Origin: the human T2T-CHM13v2.0 reference genome, Homo sapiens
Length of the DNA stretch: 64,000 bases
NCBI RefSeq assembly: GCF_009914755.1
Contig: NC_060928.1
Reading direction: 5' to 3' (one strand)
The notes beneath the pieces are model-generated. The model was not told the origin of the DNA and did no database searches. It saw only the letters and a program-made list of their open reading frames with translations. Shown here piece after piece: positions 24,961-38,226 of the stretch. The position numbers and the translations under genes were made by a program. Position 1 is the first letter of the stretch; every line of letters begins with the position of its first letter.

Positions 24961-26824
24961 TAAATATAAAATTTATATATCTACAACAGCTGAATAAGTG
25001 TTATCTATCTTTATTACCATTGCAATTATTACTATAATTATTTGTATATGTCGGGCTCATAAAGCTCTTAGCTTTGCAAAACTGTCTGAGAAAGTTTGCT
25101 TTTCTTTGCATTCATTGGGAAATTAACTTTTCTACACAATAATGTTTTTAAGGCATGGACCTGTAAAATGTTTAATTGGTGTGGCTTCAAAGTATAGAAA
25201 TTGTAAAGTAGGAAATAATTATACACAACTATCAAACCAATAATAAAGGTCAATAAATATTCAAACAGTATTAATATAATTTTCTTTTGATCCTGTTCTT
25301 TATTTTCTTTAACTCTTCTCCAGATGAAGAAGAAAATGCTTTGTCAAGAAATTCTTTTTTGGACTGAATTCATTGTTGCAAAAGATAGTTATTTTGGAAA
25401 GAAATTGCTTTAACAGTTTCTCCTGCTACACTATGACTTGTATGAATACATCCATAGGCATAACGATAGAATAATGAACAGAAAAATTAAGAAGAACCTG
25501 AAATTAATAAATACCTAGGTATTTGTCAGGTGAGTTATGGATGTTGGCAGTTGATGGATTATGTTACAAAGCACATAAATGCTATATTTGCGTTAGTGTA
25601 CCATTTAGCAGCCATACTCCAGCAGAGTCCACAAGTATATGAGCATGAAGTCCCTGAAGACATTGGTAATTGATTACAATCAATCTGTAAATGATATTTA
25701 GATGATCTTTATGAGTTGCTTTCCTCTTCTCATCTTTCTTGGTGTATCGGTGAAGACTCTAAATGATTGAATTGAATGACTTTAATTACATTACTCAACG
25801 ACTTTAAAACAAATTTAGTTTTCAGTAAAAATAAATGTGTATTTGTCTTGATTCTGAACCCCTTACCTCTAAAGAAATATGCCTCAAAACACCATATTCT
25901 AATAGCATTTATTGGCCTTTAATGTCTAACACAATACATTGCTGTGTTAAATTGTTTACAGTTTTCAAAAAGCACATTCTTTCTCTCTCTCCAAACACAG
26001 ACACACACATACACACATCTACACACATGCACACACACTTTATTCCCTGACTACACTTTTCTCATGAGCCACAATTTTAATGAAAAGTAGTTTTCTTCAA
26101 GCTGGAAAATTGCTTAGAAAATGCTAGTTGTCCGGTGAATATTTGGAGCGCACATCGTTCATTTTACCTAACTCTATGTTAAGAACATTATATTGGGATA
26201 CTTTTATCCCTGTCCTTTAAAATGTCATTTCACCTCATTGAGGAACAGAAAAACCCATATAACTTTCAATTTCTCCTACAACTATAGAAAAATAACTTGT
26301 TTGCATTAATATTAATTTTAATTAATTAACTTGTTTGGATTAATATTAACTTTTAGCAAATATCTAATAGCTGCCAATTTTTTAATTGTTAGAGTATACA
26401 AACAAAATACAATGAAATAATTAACCATTATTCTACTTAAGGTTTTGTAATTAACTATAAATGGATCAATCTGGGCTTGATTGTTAGGAGTAAATTCACT
26501 CATCTGCAAAATGTACATCCATTAATAATCGCAAAAGAAATCTGAGTAAAGTCTAGATTCCTTCTATTGGAAATAATTCTCCAGGAAGAAAATATGATCA
26601 AATGCTAGGGTGCTAGGGTTGGTATTTTGTCTGTGGAGACTGAGATAGAAGTGTATAAATGAACCTTTAAACACGGCCAGGGACTGGCCATTACACCATT
26701 ACTCTATTTCTTCTATTGGTTCAGCATCTCAAATTTTACTATAGAACTAGGCTAATAAGGTTCTAATGTCCAAAACCACACAGATTTAGAACCAAAACAA
26801 AACTTTTGTTCTTTTTTCAATAAA

Positions 26825-26990
26825 GTACCTCAGGAATTTGCTAAAATGCATATTATCAGGATTCATAGACAGATAATTGCATTTGTGTGATCTCAGCTGG
26901 GACTCAGAAAACATATTTTTAAATTATCCTATCAGAAGATTCTGAAGCAGATGGTCCATGGAGAGTTTTTGATGATATATTTCTCTAGAA
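26825..26990. mobile_element. MER5-like hAT-Charlie element
   Basis: ggaatttgctaaaatgcatatt...gattctgaagcagatggtccatgga. Confidence 0.5.
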
Positions 26991-29639
26991 TAATAATGTG
27001 TTTCTCGAGACACCTATTACACTAGCAATTTATAACTTTAATCGTAAAGACAGTGTCATATAACACTTTCTCAATAAATATTTTTGAGTGAATAAATCTA
27101 CATAAAATTATTTAAAATATATTGTTTATTTCCAAATTAGGAGATGTAAACACTAATAGTTTTATAAAAACCTTTCAATCGGTCTCAAAATTGCAAATAA
27201 TGTACTCTTAAAAATAAAAATTTTGTGATTTTTTTTATAACATTAAACTTAGGTTTGCTTATAACTTCACAGAGCTTGATAATACATACAAAGGCTTCAA
27301 ATGATTGAGGGGTGGTGGTAGTTAAGAAAGATTGTGCTGTACCAATCTCAAGAATAGAGGCAAGACCAATAATAAAGCTGTGCAAAATTAGTAGGCCAGT
27401 ATTTACATAAATTGAGGATATTTATGTCAATAACTTTGCAGTCAGAGATTTTCAAAGGCCAAATAGACATTTGAATGTGTAATGAGACAATCTAGACTAC
27501 AAATTGTAATATTTGTTATCCTCCAAATATGTAATTCATCACCTTCATTTTTCCCCACCATCTGCCTGGAAGCTTTTAGCAATATGTCCATAACTAGGAA
27601 TAATAATTTTTATCTTTGAGAGATTTAATTTTTGTAGCAAGAAACATAAATATGAGTGTTGGGGAAAAACTTGCTCTGCTCTTCAGGTTCATGGATCTAA
27701 TGCTTTTCTCACTCCAGTGGCTGGATATAATTGGATTTCTTCAGCCACATGTATGCAACCAAAACTTGAGAAGGACCCTGTTTGAATTGTCAAATATGAA
27801 GGCCCACTAAATGAACAAGTTACTGTGGCCTTCAAGCAAAGCTAAACATACCATCTTCAACCCAAAGGACTTTCAGCATATGGTAAAAAACAAAACAAAA
27901 CAGAACAAAAAAACCTGACCTTTCGACTTCATTACAGTAATTTCGTGGATCATACTAACTTGTTAGAAAAGAGAATTATGGAGCCAGATTAACACATTTG
28001 GTATTTACTTATTCAAAAATAAGCCAACTTCATATTTTTGGCTTGTTCTTGTCTAGGAGATGGGATAGGTAACAATGTCAGGTTGGTAAGCTAAAACACT
28101 AAAAACAAATCTGTTCAAATATTTTAGATTACTAATGAAATATGAGATACTTTACCTGAATAAAATTTATATTTCTATCATAGCATCAACAATCATGCTA
28201 TGAACTACTTGACTTATTTTACATATGTTCTAAGATTGCTGTATAGTACTTGCGCTTATTTTTGTAGCCTACTACAATCTGCTCTATTTTCAGTGCTGAG
28301 AACATACGTATTATTAACTACCACAAATTTAAAAAACATATCAGCATGGCTGTGTCATTCTTTTCTTTGTTGCCAGTCCTTTGATAGACAAATAATTGCA
28401 AATATGTACACAAAAACTTATTGAAACTAATCATGTAAAATGACTACACAAATATTTAAAACTTATCAAAAAATACTCTGAACAGCAATACATATTCTAA
28501 TTCTCTACCATCTGTTAGTATGTTATGTCCTAGATCTACTTATTTATCTTTCTTTTCCAAGTAAACTATAAAAATGTTTAGGACAATGACTGCTTTTTAT
28601 TTATTCCATTAGGGAACCATAACTTACTACAACATAGGGCACGCTTTCTATCTTTTAAAAGATGAATTCATTTTCTTATTCTCTTTTTAAATCATATGTT
28701 TTATATTTCAGTTATGTTTGCTTGTTGATTCTAGTTATGAGATTTAAAAAAGCTTTTCATCTCAATTATGAAACATGCTTAGGCAAACATGAACTATTAT
28801 ATTTGTGGAAATGAAATGTTCACAATAAATCTAAATCCCTATTTGAAGTAATCCTTAATTGCAGAAATTGAGCACTGTACATAACTAAAAACAATAAAAA
28901 AAATCTGAATGAGAAATATCTTAAATATTGTGCACCTGCTTCCAAACTATGCTACATTTATAAAGTAGAAATATTTCCCACCATCCTGTTCTCAAAAGGA
29001 AAGCTTTACATTGCTGTATTTTATGTTTTTAGCTGTAATTCCAGCAGAAACTGTGGCCTCTTCTGAGTGTGGCCTTTGAATTCACCAAGGCTCGGCTAGA
29101 TTCAGTCTCAGTAACCTAGGAGAAACTGGAACTTTAAATAACTAAAAGAAACAAAATCTTCATTTCAACTCACCTGTGTGCATGGAAGCCATTTTTCTCC
29201 CGTTAAGCTGACATTTCTGTGAGTTGACAGGTCTATCACTCAGAGCCTCAGACACTTCAAAGACTTCTTAGAACTTCAGGAATGTCTGAAAATTTTTAAT
29301 GTGAAAGTCAGAATGTCTGGTTTTATTAAGAATTGGTCGTATCATTTATGTAATCATCCTGGGACTGTTCTACTGCTGAAAACAACAAAATGTTCAAATT
29401 ATATAAAGTGGGGCTGAAACATGGAATATATATGATTTACCATTCTTTTAAAAAAAATAAATGCCAAAATAAATTTTGACAAATTGGAAAACAAAAAATT
29501 TTAAAAAATTAAAGTCATTTAAAATTATTTATTTCACCTTATTTTTGCATAAATATAAGCTTGCATATAATTTGTTTATATAAGCATTATAGGATCATGG
29601 CAAGGAAAGAGCCTATGTAGGAAATTATCCTTGGTGGCT

Positions 29640-29782
29640 GCTCAGATAAACATCTGATTATTCTTTAAGACTATGGATGTCTGGTTCTCACCATCACCAA
29701 TTCTTATTTGATTGGTATTCATGGATATAAAGTACTTCCAAGGTAATTCTAATTTATAGTCACTGCTGTGAACCATGCTCTA
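29640..29782. mobile_element. MER5-like hAT-Charlie element
   Basis: ttcttatttgattggt...ccaaggtaattctaatttatagtcactgctgtgaaccatg. Confidence 0.45.
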
Positions 29783-31079
29783 GAATGAACACCAAATAAA
29801 GCAAAGCAAATTATTCTAGCGCTCATTCCTTTGCAAAGTGTCATTTATTTATTTAATAAAATTATTGTGCTTTGTTTTTTGACTGAAAAATTTCCATAAA
29901 ACATATATTAGTTGCTTCTTTTAATTTCTGTTTTGATACTGTTTTATTGATTATAAAATTATTTCACTTTACCTGGTGAAAAATAAATATTGATGAACTC
30001 CTCATATATTTGGATTAAATATGGAGCAAATATTTCATGTAATTTTATAGTTAATTTTTTAAGTTTAAAAACTATGCTATATTAACATTTCCTTTATCAA
30101 ATATAAAAATAACAAGCTAAGAAGTGAAATTTGCAAATGTAACTAATAAACAATAGTCAATGAAAACTTTATTAACTTTTATGCACAATGTTAATAAGAA
30201 ATGCCATTTTCCTCTTGCAATGAATAGTTTAACTGTTTATATAGCTAGAAGTATTTGATTTACCTCAAAACTCCTATTCCACTTTATACTTGAGTGCTAT
30301 CAAAAGACAGTGTAGTTTTAGAGAACTGGAGTTGAAGCAAAGAGGCAAAATTGTCCCTTTATAACACATCTTTTTTTTCTCCAATTACATTTTCATTTCA
30401 TTTACATTTTCCTTCCTAATACTCTCAGTATTCTTATATGAAGACTGAATGCCTGTTACTTGAATATATTTAGCTCAGTATCTTATCATGGCGCATTTTA
30501 CATTGAAATATTTTGATAATTAAAGTTTCAATGGGTGATTTTTTTAATTTATGAACTACATTATTATTTTATGTACATTTAAATTTACATCCTGAATTAG
30601 TAGCTTGTATTATTGTCATTAAGAAAAAATAGAAAAAAAATACTAGCAATTATAAACAGTATGAGTTGATATAAGCATTTTTGTTAGCCCTGAAGTCATT
30701 TTAATAGTTTTATTGTCTTAATCAACTTACTCAACTCTCTTTATTGCTCTTTGGAGGTGGTAGTTTTGAACACATGCTGGGCGTTAGTTCACTGGTGCCA
30801 AATTAAAAATGATAATTCTCATGCGTGAAATAACTGTATGGACTAATGACCAAATATCTTTATAATGTGAGCCACTGTTGCAGCAGGTGGCCAAACAATT
30901 AGACACCATAACATAATATATCCCTAAAGTAAAAAAAGGAATGACACTCATGATACAACCAAAGCAAAAGCATTAGAAAGAGAATAAAAATATCTATTTC
31001 CATAATTAATACATGCTGAAGACTTAATATTTGATTATAAATAGTAAAAACATTATGCCTTATCCTGTTTAATTTCACA

Positions 31080-32410
31080 GGTATTCATTAAATAAATATT
31101 TTTGTGTGTGCATGGGAAAGATGAACATGTGATTAAAAGACTAATATTATTAAAGCACTTGACCCTGTAGAACTGACAGTTACTTTTCAGGAGATTTATC
31201 TCTAGTAAGTGAACCCTTGAGGGAAAAAAAAGCCTAAAAATTAAGAATAATTACAGGAAATAAATTTCTGAAAACAGGGACTTCAGAGGTAGGCAAAGTT
31301 AGGTCATGAAATATCTTATATACAAAGTCCGACTTTAAAATGTATCTTGCAAGCAAAGAAGAGTCACATAGCAAGCTTTATATTATATAGGGAAATTACT
31401 CCTGCAGTAATATGGAGAATGTATTTGAGGAAGGCAAGTAGATTGATTACAACTCTTCAGTAATAATCCAGATAAAGTTTTGATAGCTATGAATGAAAAT
31501 CAGAGACCATTGTAGAAATGGTCTGAAACCATTAGACCATTAGACAACTATGTAGAAGTTAGATGTGCATAATTTTGCAACAAGGTAGAGAAGGAGTAAG
31601 AGAAAAAAACAACTCTGGTGTGATATCCCATATATTAACTTGGGTATATGGGCAAATGGTCATCTCTCTACATGATCCAGTACAAAAGGTGAACCACGTA
31701 TTGAGGAGTGTAATTTAGATTCTTGCTTCTCAGAGAGCATTCTGATGACCAGAAGCCTTGGCATCACCTGGTGGATATTTAGAAGTGTGTAGTTTCAGAC
31801 TCCCCTATGTTCTATTAGATTAACATCTGTATTTTAACACAATCCCTAAGAAGCCTGAGTGCATGTGCATGATTTTGAACAAATTAAATTTGAGATGTTT
31901 ATATCACAGTTGAGTAGACACATCACAAGATTGGTGTAGAAATTAGAAGTATAAATATGAATGTCAATGAAGATCACAGAAGGGAAATATAAATTTAAGA
32001 AATTTCAGAAGAGATAGCCATGGAATAAAATAATTTTTTCTTGAGGAAAACACATAGAGAAAGGCAATGGATCCTGGGGACATCAACATGCAAACAGAAG
32101 TTAGAAGGGACAATAAAGGAAGCTAGAAGAAACAGCATCTAAAAGGCAACTGAAATTAGAGTCATGTCATGCAATTCATGTGGTTGGAAGAATATTGATA
32201 AGATTAATCTTTTCGCTAAAAGGCAGTCTGAAGAAAGGCCCACTGTATTTGGCAATAAGAGGGCTATTGTGATCACACTGCAAGCATTTTCAGTGAAATA
32301 ACAAAATCAGAAGACAAAACAGGTTGAATGACTGGCAGGCGTGGAAGAGGAGATAGAAAATACAGATCGACTTTTTGAAAACCCTGTTTGTGGCTTAAAA
32401 GTGAGCAGTA
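31080..32410 (-). mobile_element. L2 LINE fragments, with a MER5A-like insert at ~31720-31860
   Basis: Starts tattcattaaataaatattttt; purine-rich L2-like blocks follow; MER5 motif ggcatcacctggtggatatttagaagtg...tgtattttaaca. Confidence 0.5.
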
Positions 32411-32838
32411 AGTGTGTGGTTATGTGTACCACGCAGGCTGTAAAATGCTTCCCAAAGGTCCCCACCCTTGTATTGTGTGTGTAGGCTGGCCTTATTGACT
32501 GGCTTTTCCTGAAGACAATTTGGCAGCAAAGATGGGATGTCAATTTTGAGGATAGATCACAAAGAAACTGTGGCTTCGATTTTCAGCATTCTCTTGCTCA
32601 TTCACTTTCCAGCAATCCACCTGCCATTCTGTAAGCTGCCCTACTCAGAAGCCAAAAGGACGAAAAACATCCAGCAATGACCTGAGGTCTGCCAACAGTT
32701 CATTGGTGGAGCTTAGAAGTAGAATCTATCCCAGTGGAGATTTGAGATGATTCGCTAAATTGTGATGATTGAGAGACCAGAGATAGAACCATCCAGCTGA
32801 GCTGCACCTAGATTCCTGCCCATAGAAACTGAGGAGGC

Positions 32839-32874
32839 ATCACTTCTTAGCCTTTTGGCTAAGATCAAATGTAG
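32839..32874 (+). pseudogene. 3'-truncated U2 snRNA retropseudogene (U2 nt 1-36)
   Basis: atcacttcttagccttttggctaagatcaaatgtag vs U2 ATCGCTTCTCGGCCTTTTGGCTAAGATCAAGTGTAG: 32/36 identical, 3 of the 4 changes at CpGs; flanked by a duplicated tagaaa(c/t)tg..ag. Confidence 0.92.
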
Positions 32875-32890
32875 AAATTGTGAGTTACTC

Positions 32891-32894
<4 letters not shown>

Positions 32895-32928
<34 letters not shown>
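32895..32928. repeat. (TG)17 microsatellite
   Basis: Direct reading. Confidence 0.95.
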
Positions 32929-32932
<4 letters not shown>

Positions 32933-33456
32933 AAACCAGTAAGATTAGGGTATCTTTTATTTAGTAATAGATAACTAAGAAAGATTTTGGTGCCTAGAGT
33001 TGGAGTGTTTGCCTAACTTAATTGCAGAAGTGTTGTTGGAACCAGGTAGTAGCCATTGAGGAGAGTGATTATGAAAGCTTAAAGTGCATCGAACACACTA
33101 TTCATAGACTTTATGGGTTTGAGGAGCTTGTGGATGAGTGGAGAAAACATTAAAACTGAAAGAAAGGCCATTGTTGTTATGTAGTTGAAGAACTGTAATA
33201 AACATTGTCATCTGCGTTTATGTGGAAAGAGGAAAGTGTATTTAATGATCTGTGTGATCTACTTACTAGCAAAAAAAAAGAAGCTAGAACCTGATGCTGT
33301 TTTTTTTTTAAAAAAAATGCTAAAATTAGGTGCTAAATTAAGAAACAGCTTCAAAGTACCGAATCCAGGGAACTGCCAGAAAAATATGGTATGAGGCTAA
33401 AACTGAAGGTATGATTGTAAAAGCTCTTCTTAATACTTCAGAAAGATAAAAACTGG

Positions 33457-33817
33457 TGTGATGGTTCATTTTATGGGTCAACTTGGAGGGTGTTTTTGGA
33501 TAAAATTAACCTTTAAGTCAGTGAACTTTGAGTATGTAGATTGCCCTCCATAATATGAGTGGACCTCATCCAGTCAGTTGAAAGTCTAAGTAGAACAAAA
33601 ACTATCCTCCCAAAGCAAGAGGCAATTCTCCAGTAGGCTGCCTTCAGACTTCATCTGTACCATCAGTTCTCTTGAATCTCCAGCCTGCCAGCCCACATGT
33701 AGTTTTTAGACTTCCCATCCTCCATAATTACACGAGCAAATTCCTTATAAGAAGTCTCTTTCTATATTTAAACACATCCTGCTGGTTCTGTTTCTTTGGA
33801 GAACCCCAACTAATACA
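33457..33817 (+). mobile_element. MLT2 (HERV-L) solo LTR nested in the MLT1 internal region
   Basis: tgtgatggttcattttatgggtcaacttg...ggttctgtttctttggagaaccccaactaataca. Confidence 0.9.
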
Positions 33818-35169
33818 GGTGATATCATAGAGTGCTCTTCAGTCAAATAAAAGACCCTTGAAGGAGACTAAGGGTGTTTTACACAAATCTTTTCAATCCA
33901 ACCAAAGGATCTCTGAGAATTGTGAGGGGTTCCTCTCATCCTTCTCAATAGGAGACAAAGGTATAGATAGGAGATTTGTGGCATGTCTTTTTTCTAGTGG
34001 AATGAACCCCAAAAGGATTTATAAAAGACCCACAAAGTCTTTTAAACACTTACATACGCAAAAACATCACCAGATTGAACTGAAAAAGAGGCATTTGGAT
34101 CCCAAAACTTCTACATTTAGAAAACAGGCTGTGAAAACTACTTAGCTGCTAATGCATGCTGACTTTTACAATAAAGAGTAAATGGCTTTGCGAGCAGAAC
34201 CAAGGGCCCAGAAGGCAGAGTGAACTAGGAAGCCGACCCTTACTAAGTCCAGTTTTGGGATAACTAAGCCCTTCTTGCAATTGGGTTGCAATATCTCTAG
34301 AAACTGTGAGCAAGAGACACCCAGTCAAGCTACACTTCATTTCTGACTCACAAAAACTGTCACATTAAACTGTTTTTTAAGTGGTTGAATGTTGAATAAT
34401 AGAGAAATCACTGGTAGAGAGGGAGAAATGGACATTAAGCAGCCTGTTTGTATAGATGGGAGTTTATAGGAGATGCACAAGTATTGGTGGTAAGATTTAG
34501 AAGGTGAGTAGATGAAGGTGAGTAGATAGTAGTGGTATCTGGGGAAAGAGGAAGAAAAATGGAAGATTATGGAATTAAGAAGACAAAAGAAGAAAACATT
34601 TAAAGGTGAAGGTGGAGTCTACTCTCTTCGCAGTTTGAATGGAGGGCTGTGGGTGAAACATTATGTAGAATAAGGAAAAAACAAAATACAATGTGGGAAA
34701 ATGAGGGTGCTGAATATGAACAGCTATTCAAACAATTTTTGTTGGAAAAAAGGAGTGAAAAAAACAGGGTCGCAGCCAAAGAGGAACATGAAACCAAAGG
34801 ATATATTTTTATCTTAATTTGAAGTGCTAGCGTATTTATATGCTGAAGGAAAATTGGAATGGATGGGGAGAAATCACACATGCATGAGAGAATAATTGGA
34901 TGGCATAAATTGCGATGACAAAAATAGAAGGGACCCAGAGATCAGGCAAAATAAATCCCTCTTATAGGAGCAGGGCATGGATCTGTATTAACAGGGCTGA
35001 AAACAGAGGCTATGTATTTCGATAAAAATTAGTGCGTAGATTTGATATGAGGATGGTGAGAAATTTGCCAAAGGATTTTCATGGAATACGTTTCCATGAT
35101 CATAGAGAGTTTTCTTATGCCACACTGATCTAGATAAAGATTATCATCTTAACATTATAGAAATATCCT

Positions 35170-35577
35170 TGTGTTAGGCCATTGTTGTGTTGCTATAAAT
35201 CTGTAAGACTGGGTAATTTATAGAAAAAGAGGAAATTTAAATGGCTCACCATTCTGCAGGCTGTACAGAAAACAGTGCTTCTTGTGAGGGCCTAAGGAAG
35301 CTTACAATCATGGCAGATGGTGAAGAGGGAGCAGGCATCTCACATGGTGGGAGTGGGAGCAAGAGAGAGAGGGAAAAGGGGAGTCGCACACTTTTAAACA
35401 ACCAGCACTCTTGACAACTCACTCACTATTGCAAGGATAGCACCAAAGGGATAGAACTAAGCCATCCATGAGAAATTCACCCAAATAAATCAATTGCCTT
35501 TAACCAGGCCTCATTTCCCATACCGGAGATTATATTCCAACCTGAGATTGTGGAGGAAACATATCCAAGCTATATCA
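35170..35577 (-). mobile_element. MSTA/MSTB MaLR solo LTR
   Basis: tgtgttaggccattgttgtgttgctataaa...gactgggtaatttata...atatccaagctatatca; 5-bp TSD ATCCT at 35165-35169 and 35578-35582. Confidence 0.92.
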
Positions 35578-35855
35578 ATCCTCTTCTATTTTCTCCTAAA
35601 ATTTATCTTTTACATATTATTGCTAAGATATTTAAGGTAAATAATTATATCATCTTCAAAAATGACATCACGCAAATGATGAAAACACTGAAAAAATTAT
35701 ACTTTTTTTTCCTTTCTCCTTGATTAAGACTTTGACTTTTTATTGAATTTAGCGGAGATATTTCTACTCTTTTCCTTAACTAAATATTTTCTCCAGGTTT
35801 CTAGTAGATACCAGTCATCAGAAAAGAGAAATTTATTTTGATACTCTGCTTATTA

Positions 35856-36067
<212 letters not shown>

Positions 36068-36199
36068 TTAATGTAACAAATGAATTTTATACCTAATATA
36101 ATATTTTGAGGTCATCTGGAAAACATAAATAGTTATAGTGCATGTTGTATAATAACCAAAATTCAGTATTATATATAAATAAAAGCATGTTCTGGTGTA

Positions 36200-37790
36200 A
36201 AAACATTATTACAAAATATTCCACACCTTTCCCTTTCTTGGATTAATTTTTTTAATTTGTTACAAAACAGCTATGAATTCTTTCAGAGGGCACTGTAAAC
36301 TTCTAAATTTTTGCCTGGAAGAAAATGTATTTTGCCTTTTGATTTGAATGTATGACTTATTTGACACTTTAGTGACAATTCACTTTAAAAAAGAGTGTTT
36401 CCAGGAATTTGACTTATCTCTTACCACTAGTGATTAAGGCAAAAACACAAATCTGATCCTAATCTAATTATCCATACATGTTAGACAACCTTATTTTTCT
36501 TTTTAAGATATTCACAGATTTTTGACTTGTGTTTTTGAATTTTGTTTCTAAAATTTTATCAGTCTGAGAGATATTATTATAAAATATAATAATGTTTAAA
36601 ACATAATCTAATAAATATCATTCTTGTTACTTTTATTGCAATGGATTTCTTTTCACCATTTTCTCTTCCTCTTCTGAATTTTTCTTTAGATGATTACAAG
36701 AAATCTCATCTATTCTCTTTGTCATAACCTTTTTCTGACCCTCCGCATCTGTTTGGAATTTGCACCCCTCTTTTAGATAATACCATAGAGCAGACTTTTA
36801 ACACACAATGTGCTCATTGGCTTTGCTCATCATCATTTCCTCCTGTGAGGAGACTTTGATATTTTTAATTTGCACATATTCGATTTTCTTTTTTTGCAAT
36901 GCAGCCTTATTTACATTTGCATTTTTTCATTATAACATTTGACACATACAAAATAATATATTTTACACGGAAATAAGCCATGAATCACAATAATAAAATG
37001 AACAAAACATAATCAAAACTGTGAAATTTACCTGGATCCTTTTCCAAAACTTTATATCCCTCTCTATATACTTTGAGTTTTAAGTTATTTATCCCTTTGA
37101 ATTTTTTAAACTGGATTACATTCTATGTGTATGATTTTAAATGTATTGTCTAAGACTTTTAAAAAATAGTGTCAAACGTATGTATTCTGCTAAAATTATT
37201 TTTCATTCAGCTTTTTGTTTCCCAGATTCATGTATGTCTTTGTATTCACCTTCTTATGAGACTCAATAAAACTTCACCGTGTAAACACGTCATAATTTAT
37301 TTACTCCCTCTCCACTTAACAAGTAGCTTGTGTCTCTTTTTTAAAAACTATTCAAAACTATTTTAAAACTGTTTTTAAAACTATTTAAAACTATTTATTA
37401 AAAAACTATTCAATCAATGACATGCATGTCTCTTCATGTAAATTCACAGCAGTTTTGTAGATAATATACCCAGGAGTGAAATTTCCAGAATCTACGTATC
37501 TTCAGTTCCACAAGATAATGCTAATATTTTCCAAAAGTGTTACACTAGCTCACATCCAGTGCTTGAATTATTGTAACTCCGTAATCCTGTACATTTTGAT
37601 ACCAGGAAAAAAATTATTCTTTTTCATTTACTTTTCAAAAATGTCATGACTAGTTTTTGCATTCATTCTTCCATTTAAATTTTAATATTCTGTGACAATT
37701 TATTGTGATTGAATATAATTCCATTGAACTTTGAAATTAATATTTCCACGTATTACATGTGATGTCTCATCATGTATCCAAATAGTCCTT
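36200..37790 (-). mobile_element. Degenerate old L1M fragments
   Basis: T-rich antisense L1M-like motifs (tatacccaggagtgaaatttccagaatc, ttttccaaaagtgttacact); boundaries approximate. Confidence 0.45.
37345..37412. repeat. Short minisatellite, ~11-bp unit (aaaactattt-like), about 6 copies
   Basis: Direct reading. Confidence 0.8.
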
Positions 37791-37795
37791 TATGA

Positions 37796-38226
37796 CCATC
37801 AATGATAGACTGGATAAAGAAAATGTGGCACATATATACTGTGGAATACTATGCATCCATAAAAAAGAATGAATTCATGTGCTTTGCAGGAATATGGATA
37901 AAGCTGAAAGCCATAATTTCAGCAAACTAACACAGGAACAAAAAAACAAACAATGCATGTTCTCACTCATAAGTGGGAGTTGAACAATGAGAACATACGG
38001 ACACAGGGAGGGGAACATCACACCCTGGGGCCTGTCGGTGGGTGGGGGGAAAGGGGAGGGAGATAATTAGGACAAATACCTAATACATGCAGGGCTTAAA
38101 ACCTAAATGATGGGTTGATAGGTGCAGCAAAACACCATGGCACATGTATACCTATGTAACAAACCTGCACGTTCTGCACATGTATCCCATAACTTAAAGT
38201 AAAAATAATATAAAATAACATAAAAA
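37796..38226 (+). mobile_element. L1PA (L1PA7/8-like) 3' end, 5'-truncated
   Basis: ccatcaatgatagactggataaagaaaatgtggcacatatata...gcacgttctgcacatgtatccca..aacttaaagta plus A-rich tail. Confidence 0.95.

Larger units (their letters stand above)
32425..34415 (+). mobile_element. MLT1F/G-type MaLR provirus remnant: 5' LTR ~32425-32980, internal region, partial 3' LTR
   Basis: LTR motifs ccagctgagctgcacctagattcctg and gtaatagataacta are followed by the MaLR internal start gattttggtgcc; LTR-end motif ttctgactcacaaaaactgt...tgttttttaag recurs at ~34341-34381. Confidence 0.7.

Noticed and set aside
26293-26354. 34-bp period local duplication, and similar short ones near 3353, 24829, 50699 and 58991
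   Set aside because: Ordinary slippage-type micro-duplications in AT-rich DNA; no spacer structure or shared motif.
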